From the IMG/VR virus record IMGVR_UViG_3300046653_000093, positions 62,001-126,000 of that record: DNA of 64,000 bases. The stretch is one strand, 5' to 3'. The notes under the pieces are model-generated. The model was not told the origin of the DNA and searched no databases. It saw only the letters and a list, made by a program, of their open reading frames with translations. This document shows, piece after piece, positions 57,589-64,000 of this stretch. Position numbers and translations under genes: made by a program. The first letter of the stretch is position 1, and each line of letters opens with the position of its first letter.

Positions 57589-58520
57589 TACAAGATTTTC
57601 CTAAAATAAGATATAGTCTCCTTAAGCCCATCATCTATATTTACGGATGGCTCCCAAGAAAGTTTGTTCTTAGCCAAGCTAATATCTGGTTTACGTTGCT
57701 TTGGATCATCCTGCGGAAGAGATTTGAATATCAGTTTCGACTTAGCTTTAGTCTGAGTCAATATCTTCTCTGCTAGCTCTAACATCGTAAACTCACCAGG
57801 ATTTCCCAGATTGATTGGTCCGGTAAAGCCAGCCTCTGTATCCATCATGCGCAACATGCCTTCCACCAAATCATCAACATAACAGAAAGAACGTGTCTGC
57901 CTGCCATCTCCATAGATTGTGATGTCCTCACCACGTAAGGCCTGCACAATGAAATTGGAAACTACGCGCCCATCGTTTGGATGCATTCGAGGCCCATAGG
58001 TATTGAATATCCTAATCACTTTGATATCAAGGTTATGCTGCCTGTGATAATCGAAAAACAATGTCTCGGCACAGCGCTTACCCTCATCATAACAACTGCG
58101 AATGCCAATCGGATTAACTCGGCCCCAATAACTTTCAGGCTGGGGATGTACCTCAGGATCACCATAGACTTCTGAGGTTGAAGCCTGAATAATGCGTGCT
58201 TTGACTCGTTTAGCCAGGCCAAGCATGTTGATGGCCCCGTGTACGGATGTTTTGGTCGTTTGCACAGGGTCAAACTGGTAGTGCACTGGGGATGCTGGGC
58301 AGGCTAGATTGAAAATTCGCTCAACTTCAACATACAGAGGAAATGTCACATCGTGTCGCATCATTTCAAAAAGTGGATTATTAAGCAGATGAGCAATGTT
58401 CTTCTTGGTACCCGTGAAGTAATTGTCCACGCAAAGAACTTCGTTCCCAGACTTCAACAGACGTTCACATAGATGCGAGCCAATAAATCCAGCGCCGCCA
58501 GTGACCAAAACTTTATTCAT
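57588..58520 (-). CDS. uxs: UDP-glucuronate decarboxylase (UDP-xylose synthase)
   Basis: [54 protein letters not shown]. Confidence 0.95.
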   Translation of the reverse strand: MNKVLVTGGAGFIGSHLCERLLKSGNEVLCVDNYFTGTKKNIAHLLNNPLFEMMRHDVTFPLYVEVERIFNLACPASPVHYQFDPVQTTKTSVHGAINMLGLAKRVKARIIQASTSEVYGDPEVHPQPESYWGRVNPIGIRSCYDEGKRCAETLFFDYHRQHNLDIKVIRIFNTYGPRMHPNDGRVVSNFIVQALRGEDITIYGDGRQTRSFCYVDDLVEGMLRMMDTEAGFTGPINLGNPGEFTMLELAEKILTQTKAKSKLIFKSLPQDDPKQRKPDISLAKNKLSWEPSVNIDDGLKETISYFRKIL

Positions 58521-58522
58521 AA

Positions 58523-59350
58523 TTATCCTTTGAATGGAATATGGATTGGCTTAAAGTGATTCATATACAATCCACAATTCTTCTTGAAAGCATCTACAAG
58601 CTCATCATGTTGCTGAGTTTTGAATTTACGATATTCATTTACCTCACCATTATCCTCACCCAAATGAATGCCCATCTTTTCAACGTATCCCATCTTAAAG
58701 TTGGCAACTCTGGCGCGAATTCCAAAATCGCTGTCCTCAAGGCCATACTTATTGTACTCAGTATTGAAGAAGCCTATCATTTGGTGTAGCTGTTTGCGAA
58801 ACACCATACAGGCCGTTCCCAAATTACCAGCTGGCTTATCCTGGAAGACGCAGCCATTATGAGTTACCAAAGGATAGGATTTTGGTTCGAAGTTTACCCC
58901 AATAGCGCCATAGCCTTTATTGGACTCCAGAATTTTGATGCTGTCCTCTAACCATCCATTTGGTAGTTGAACATCATTATCAATAGTGCAATACCAAGTT
59001 GGCTTCAATTCATCAGCCTTCTTTAGGGCTAGATTGCGACCAATGGCAATACCCTTATTCTCTGGGAGCAGAATCAACTCTACTTCTTTCAATGGGTCTT
59101 TGTCGCGGCCAGGGGCCATCATTGAGCTGGCAAGTTTTAACTTCTTGAGATATTCCGGGGTTCCATCACTTGATCCGTTATCTACTATTACAAGAGAAAA
59201 TGGATGTTTCGTGCTACTAGATAAAGCAGCTACCGTCTTTTTGGTAAGATCAAGCCGATCATATGTTACCATCATTAAAACAGTGTCAGTTTTCATTATT
59301 TTTCCTTTCATGCGGACAATAACCATAGGATCCGCGAGATACAGCGGCAT
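58523..59350 (-). CDS. GT2 glycosyltransferase
   Basis: [20 protein letters not shown]. Confidence 0.85.
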   Translation of the reverse strand: MPLYLADPMVIVRMKGKIMKTDTVLMMVTYDRLDLTKKTVAALSSSTKHPFSLVIVDNGSSDGTPEYLKKLKLASSMMAPGRDKDPLKEVELILLPENKGIAIGRNLALKKADELKPTWYCTIDNDVQLPNGWLEDSIKILESNKGYGAIGVNFEPKSYPLVTHNGCVFQDKPAGNLGTACMVFRKQLHQMIGFFNTEYNKYGLEDSDFGIRARVANFKMGYVEKMGIHLGEDNGEVNEYRKFKTQQHDELVDAFKKNCGLYMNHFKPIHIPFKG

Positions 59351-59353
59351 CTG

Positions 59354-60313
59354 TCATAAGCCCTCGCAAATCCCAAACACATCTATCGGAGATACATGTC
59401 GATCTGTAAATATATCATTGTTCACCCCAAGAAATTCGGCATTTTTAAACAAACTATACTGATTGTCCAGGTGTCTCGAAATAAGTTTGGCATCTGATAT
59501 AATAAGAGAAATCAACAACCAATTAATATCATTTGATAATACCATCCAAGACTTCTTGATTGTTTGTAATATGTTTCTTAGACTATATTCAATTGCCAAT
59601 ATATTTGTTCCATAAAAGGCGCTGGTTTTATGTGTAAACACAATAACTTTCCAACCCTTATGAGATGCCAGTTGAGAAAATTCTTTGATGTTCTGTAAGT
59701 TCCATCTTAGGATATCTTTATTGGTATTGCTTAAGACAATAGATATAACTTTGGTAGTTTGCCTAACTCTACCAGTGTTATGCAGCTCATCAAAGAATTC
59801 TGTTCCAAGACCACGAAGCTTTGGGACATAATTTCTCCAAGGAATCATGATATTTCCAGACATCTGTTCTAAAACAGGAGCCTTAACGACATCCGGATAC
59901 TTTCCCCAATAACTTTTGCGAACCAGATAGTTGTTCAGGATGTTTAGGTAGGCATTACCACCGTTATCTAAGAATAACGGAACTGGATACTGCTTCAATA
60001 TCTCTGGCGTTAGTTTGACCGGACTGATCTTGCATAATCCCTGAGCCCTAACAAAAAACGAATACTCAGGATTGCCAAGCCAATAAATCTTGTGAGAAGA
60101 ATCAAAAGATACAAGAGCTTCAGCTGCGCTCAAAGAGAAAAACGATTCTAACAAACCGCCGAATGCAGCAATTATAATCTCACGACCATCCAGAACTTTA
60201 TGCCAAGTTTCGAAATCAATTTCTGGAATAATATACTTTCCATTACTCAATTTCCAGGGAATTCCTGGTGAAAATGGAAAGAACCTAGACCTGTATTTCT
60301 TTTTCGGCTTCAT
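59354..60313 (-). CDS. Degenerate GT9-like protein
   Basis: FGGLLESFFSL resembles the GT9 N-terminal motif; weak. Confidence 0.35.
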   Translation of the reverse strand: MKPKKKYRSRFFPFSPGIPWKLSNGKYIIPEIDFETWHKVLDGREIIIAAFGGLLESFFSLSAAEALVSFDSSHKIYWLGNPEYSFFVRAQGLCKISPVKLTPEILKQYPVPLFLDNGGNAYLNILNNYLVRKSYWGKYPDVVKAPVLEQMSGNIMIPWRNYVPKLRGLGTEFFDELHNTGRVRQTTKVISIVLSNTNKDILRWNLQNIKEFSQLASHKGWKVIVFTHKTSAFYGTNILAIEYSLRNILQTIKKSWMVLSNDINWLLISLIISDAKLISRHLDNQYSLFKNAEFLGVNNDIFTDRHVSPIDVFGICEGL

Positions 60314-61104
60314 TAGTCGTCATACTTGTAAATCCCAGACCATTTACTTCGAAATAACTTTGCATTAGTACCCATCATTAATTTGTGCATTGGGTTCTTC
60401 TTTAAAGTTGCGCTTTCCTCATGGAATACATTGGTCTTACCACAATACATAATCTTCTTATTCATGCCATACTTTACAGATAAGCAGGCATCGATGTCTT
60501 CGAATGACCAGAAGAAGCCCTCGTCCATTCCAACTCTACCGCTCTTGTTTGAAATGCAGATCCTCCTATAATCGCCAGCCCGAATCAAGACCAATGCTCC
60601 AGTTACGGCTTGGAATTCACGATTCTTCTTAGCACTTTCATCGGCCACTTCTTGATGCCGATAATGGTATGGGAAATAGTTATACTTCTTGGAAAAATAC
60701 ACACCAGCATGCTGAAGCTTTTGCCCATCCGGATACAATATCCTAGCGCCAACCATACCTACATCATCAGTTAGCAACTTGAACATTTCCACAACCGAAT
60801 TCTTGTCATTGAACCACAAATCATTGTTGAGCAGCATGATAACGTCATCATCAGCCGGCTTGGTTCGTTCAAATAGAACGTTCATTCCACCAGCAAATGA
60901 ATCTGTATTGTGGCCACAGAAAAATGTATCCACTCTATCGCTTTGTATTGACGACAGATACTCAGCCGATCCATCCTTTGAACCATTATCCTTGATCCAC
61001 CATTTGTAATCATACATCTCAACGGCTGGTATGAGAGATTTGTAAAGGCGCTCTATTTTTTCCTTAGCGTTCCAATGAAGCGTAAATATCATCAATTTGC
61101 TCAT
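60313..61104 (-). CDS. GT2 glycosyltransferase
   Basis: DNGSKD, LLNND, AVTGA, FEDID. Confidence 0.85.
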   Translation of the reverse strand: MSKLMIFTLHWNAKEKIERLYKSLIPAVEMYDYKWWIKDNGSKDGSAEYLSSIQSDRVDTFFCGHNTDSFAGGMNVLFERTKPADDDVIMLLNNDLWFNDKNSVVEMFKLLTDDVGMVGARILYPDGQKLQHAGVYFSKKYNYFPYHYRHQEVADESAKKNREFQAVTGALVLIRAGDYRRICISNKSGRVGMDEGFFWSFEDIDACLSVKYGMNKKIMYCGKTNVFHEESATLKKNPMHKLMMGTNAKLFRSKWSGIYKYDD

Positions 61105-62096
61105 AAAGAAACCCTCTCTGTAATTTTACATTGCTTTTCGTGACAATGAGGACACCAAGTCCCAATATTCCTGACGCTGTGCATTGTAGCCAGCCATTCA
61201 TGGCCTGACTTACATTTCCATCGCAACTTTTTATTTGCCGAGACGTATTCATCGGACAAACAAAACCCACCTCGATTAGAGGCCACAAACTTAGCATCGT
61301 CTAATGTTAGTTTCTTCAAACCGCAACAAGACGGACACCAACTTCCATTTTCTATAGAATACCCAACCGCACTCCATGTGTGGCCATGTTCACATTGCCA
61401 AACCAATGGCTCATGAAAATTAATATACGCATCAGATAAACACTTACCATATCTTTCAGACGCCAAATCCTTGTAATAACCAAGCCTATCAAAACCACCT
61501 TGAAGCTTAGACATATCTACATGTATATTGTTAATGCTTGCTGGCAATGATATCCTCAACCTTTCGCACTCTTTGACCAAAAATTCACCAAGATCCTTTA
61601 GCTTAATTTCTCTAAATATCTCGGGTATAATCATCAGCTTAACTCCAAGTTCTCTGCATTTATTGGCCTTGAACAAATCTCTCGACTTTTGCTTATTCAA
61701 CGAAGATCCGTCGCGATGAAAGTATGGTACATTTGTATTGTGCTGAACTCCATTGTGTTCAAAAGCAATGGCCAACTCATGACAATATCCGTCAAGCTCT
61801 AAATTATATTTGCTGTGTTTCAGCCAAGCTGGCCGTATCTTTACAAATGGCTTTCCGAATATAGCCTCTAAATACAATCTACAAATACCCTCCCCAATAT
61901 TTGAATTGCATTGGTTGCACCAAGACTTATAATATTGGATATGCTTCCAAGCCAGAGAAAACGCATGTCCAAATTCACACTCCCACATCAATGGCTTATT
62001 TGCGTTTATATAAATGCTACTAAGGCACTTGCCGTTTTTGGATTTGGCAAGTTCATTACAGTCGTTGATTGTTATCTTCCTATATTGATTAGACAT
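61101..62096 (-). CDS. Zinc-ribbon-repeat PD-(D/E)XK-like endonuclease
   Basis: Three G.CLS..Y......L.W.C..GH.W/F...WC..C repeats; LELDGY..ELAIAFEHNG.QH. Confidence 0.8.
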   Translation of the reverse strand: MSNQYRKITINDCNELAKSKNGKCLSSIYINANKPLMWECEFGHAFSLAWKHIQYYKSWCNQCNSNIGEGICRLYLEAIFGKPFVKIRPAWLKHSKYNLELDGYCHELAIAFEHNGVQHNTNVPYFHRDGSSLNKQKSRDLFKANKCRELGVKLMIIPEIFREIKLKDLGEFLVKECERLRISLPASINNIHVDMSKLQGGFDRLGYYKDLASERYGKCLSDAYINFHEPLVWQCEHGHTWSAVGYSIENGSWCPSCCGLKKLTLDDAKFVASNRGGFCLSDEYVSANKKLRWKCKSGHEWLATMHSVRNIGTWCPHCHEKQCKITERVSL

Positions 62097-62129
62097 AGCA
62101 TTCCTATCAGTAAGAATATATAATTATGC

Positions 62130-62810
62130 CTATTTATTGCCCCATATTTCTATAAACGTTTTCTTAGACTTCAAATACAGATCTGATAATACTTTCTTCC
62201 CGGTAACTCTGCCAATGTGTCTGACAGGCACATCAACAACTTTAAACTCAATACCAAGGCCCTTAGCTCTAAAGGATAGGTCAGTATCCTCGAAGTAAGA
62301 TATGAACTTAGTAGAAAATGGACCAACATCGCCTTCTAGAATCAAACGATCCCAAGTAGCAACAGAGGCAGTGATATTCCATCCGCTTAGGTAGAAAAGA
62401 AACCCAGTCGTAGGAAGCTTGTTCATCTCACGAACAAAGTTCAAATGAATATCTAACAGCCCAATGGTTGGACCTACAAGGAACCCATTTTGAGCCTCAC
62501 GAATAATAGGCTCTGTCCACACAGAATTTTCCTCGGCAATACGAATATCATTGTTGAGGAACATTATGTTTTCATAACCGAGACTGACAGCCCTTTCGTA
62601 ACCAGTATTGCACCCCTTAGCAAACCCAAGATTCTTGGAATGTCGTACGACAGACAATCTGGCTGATGATTGTAGTTGTTTGGTACTGTCTGTGCTTCCA
62701 TTATCCACTACAACAAACCCATGGTCTTGTGGAAGATGGGATAGATCTGATAATGCGCGCTTTGTATATGCCCAATTGTTCCAGGCCGGAATAACGATAG
62801 CTAAACTCAT
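62130..62810 (-). CDS. GT2 glycosyltransferase
   Basis: VDNGSTD, NLGFAKGCN, LNND, FEDTD. Confidence 0.85.
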   Translation of the reverse strand: MSLAIVIPAWNNWAYTKRALSDLSHLPQDHGFVVVDNGSTDSTKQLQSSARLSVVRHSKNLGFAKGCNTGYERAVSLGYENIMFLNNDIRIAEENSVWTEPIIREAQNGFLVGPTIGLLDIHLNFVREMNKLPTTGFLFYLSGWNITASVATWDRLILEGDVGPFSTKFISYFEDTDLSFRAKGLGIEFKVVDVPVRHIGRVTGKKVLSDLYLKSKKTFIEIWGNK

Positions 62811-62822
62811 TTATTTCTCCAT

Positions 62823-63944
62823 TCAAGGTACGCACATGTCTATAATTTTTTGGGCTGCATTATTCCAAGTGAACTTGCTAGCAGTATCTGTCATATTTTG
62901 AGCAAACCCAGCTTTCAATGAATCTAATTCAAATACAGCCCTTCGAAGTTTTTGGGCAGCGTCATCAGTATCAATCTCAAAATGAACAGCAAATGGATTG
63001 AATGCCCAATATTGATGATCTCTTGGTGCCCTTGTGATTGTGCCATCTATAAGAATAGAATTCTCATCATTACAGAAATCTAGTTGTCCACCATATCTAG
63101 GAACTACATTAACAATTCCAGAAGCTAGAGCTTCCAATGATGGTAGATGCCAACACTCAGCATAAGTAGCAGAGAAATTTATATCACAAGACTTATAGAT
63201 GTCTGCGATATTTGTTATATATGAATGGACAAACTCTACTTCGGCGTGCTGTGGAAACTTAGATTGAAAAGTTTTAAACAACGCAGTGAAGTCTATGTCA
63301 AATGGATGGTCTTTCTTGTTATGCTTGAATACTTTAGCTATCAAACATACATCATCATCCTTGGTAAAAGCTTTACCAAAAGCCTTAAGAGCTAAATGTA
63401 ATGCTTTGCGCCGATGTGGCTGGGCAATATTAAGAAGTATCTTCTTTGTCTTCCTAGTATTTAGCTTGAATGTATTATCACTCTTGAAATCTTCAAGATT
63501 TATTCCATGAGGAACTACCATCATCTTTTCTATGGGGATACCCATACTAATAAATACATCTCTAGAGAAATTAGATGAAGGAAGAACAAGGTCAGTTGAT
63601 TTGTAAAACTTAGAAAAACCTTGAAGTAATGCTAAGTACTTATCATCTGACCTTTTATTGTTGTATTCGTAATTCCAAATACCAAATCTATTCTTTGTAC
63701 CCCATTTAAGATAATTTGGCCAATTATGAGGTGCTGTGTAGCTAATTTGGCAGTCATATAATCCAGATGGTTCTTGTTTAACAAATGGCATTATATCCTC
63801 TGGTATAAATCTCTTTTCAAGTCCATCTGTAGAAATAAACTCTACATTATGTCCTAACTTAATAAGTGATCTGCCTAAATTCTGCCCAACCACACTCCAA
63901 CTATGATTTTGGCCAAATAGAAATTGTTGGATTTTTATTCTCAT
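62823..63944 (-). CDS. GT4-like glycosyltransferase
   Basis: VPHGI, RK, AECWHLPSLEALASG. Confidence 0.85.
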   Translation of the reverse strand: MRIKIQQFLFGQNHSWSVVGQNLGRSLIKLGHNVEFISTDGLEKRFIPEDIMPFVKQEPSGLYDCQISYTAPHNWPNYLKWGTKNRFGIWNYEYNNKRSDDKYLALLQGFSKFYKSTDLVLPSSNFSRDVFISMGIPIEKMMVVPHGINLEDFKSDNTFKLNTRKTKKILLNIAQPHRRKALHLALKAFGKAFTKDDDVCLIAKVFKHNKKDHPFDIDFTALFKTFQSKFPQHAEVEFVHSYITNIADIYKSCDINFSATYAECWHLPSLEALASGIVNVVPRYGGQLDFCNDENSILIDGTITRAPRDHQYWAFNPFAVHFEIDTDDAAQKLRRAVFELDSLKAGFAQNMTDTASKFTWNNAAQKIIDMCVP

Positions 63945-64000
63945 ATACTATATGAGATATTGAATTACATATCCTCGACTTATTACTCGCAATCACCTGC

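Noticed and set aside
1-64000. Eukaryotic giant virus origin, suggested by the CCA enzyme, STELLO, PMM-like HAD, tubulin and zinc-ribbon nuclease
   Set aside because: The sigma factor, DnaB/DnaC, IF-1, GroES, SD sites, lipoprotein signal and overlapping operon-style genes indicate a bacteriophage.
1-64000. Stop-codon reassignment
   Set aside because: Conserved genes are full-length in the standard code, all three stops are used, and no suppressor tRNA is seen.

Overview
This 64 kb AT-rich, gene-dense window reads as part of a jumbo/huge bacteriophage genome in the standard genetic code. The host is probably a myxobacterium, inferred from a Gly/Thr-linker VWA lipoprotein and a SpoIIAA-like protein. 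(1) 1-7.5 kb: a tRNA region with Thr, four Gly and four Ser genes (a Pro gene lies at 15.4 kb), interleaved with free-standing endonucleases, an HD-only half of a CCA enzyme, a Dps-like protein and the VWA lipoprotein. It also holds an unexplained ~450 nt structured non-coding region whose 3' part is a four-unit tandem array of GAAAGA-loop hairpins abutting tRNA-Ser(GGA). (2) 8-34 kb: accessory and host-takeover genes, including a macrodomain, IF-1, a degenerate NadE, an ATP-grasp, two DEDDh exonucleases, a fungal/plant-type CCA-adding enzyme, IMPDH/GMPR, GroES, a ubiquitin-like protein, NADAR and Map. (3) 34-47 kb: a replication block with an intein-containing class II RNR, a sigma factor, DnaB, a DnaC-like ATPase with a Gln1 class 3 intein, an SF2 helicase and a tubulin/FtsZ homolog. 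(4) 47-64 kb: a ~17 kb glycan synthesis cluster. The best candidates for new biology are the hairpin RNA array, a tRNA 3'-end maturation/repair kit (all ten tRNA genes encode C74 but not C75-A76), and a recurring GTCGAG promoter-like motif that may drive leaderless mRNAs. All family calls come from motif recognition by eye; no searches were run.
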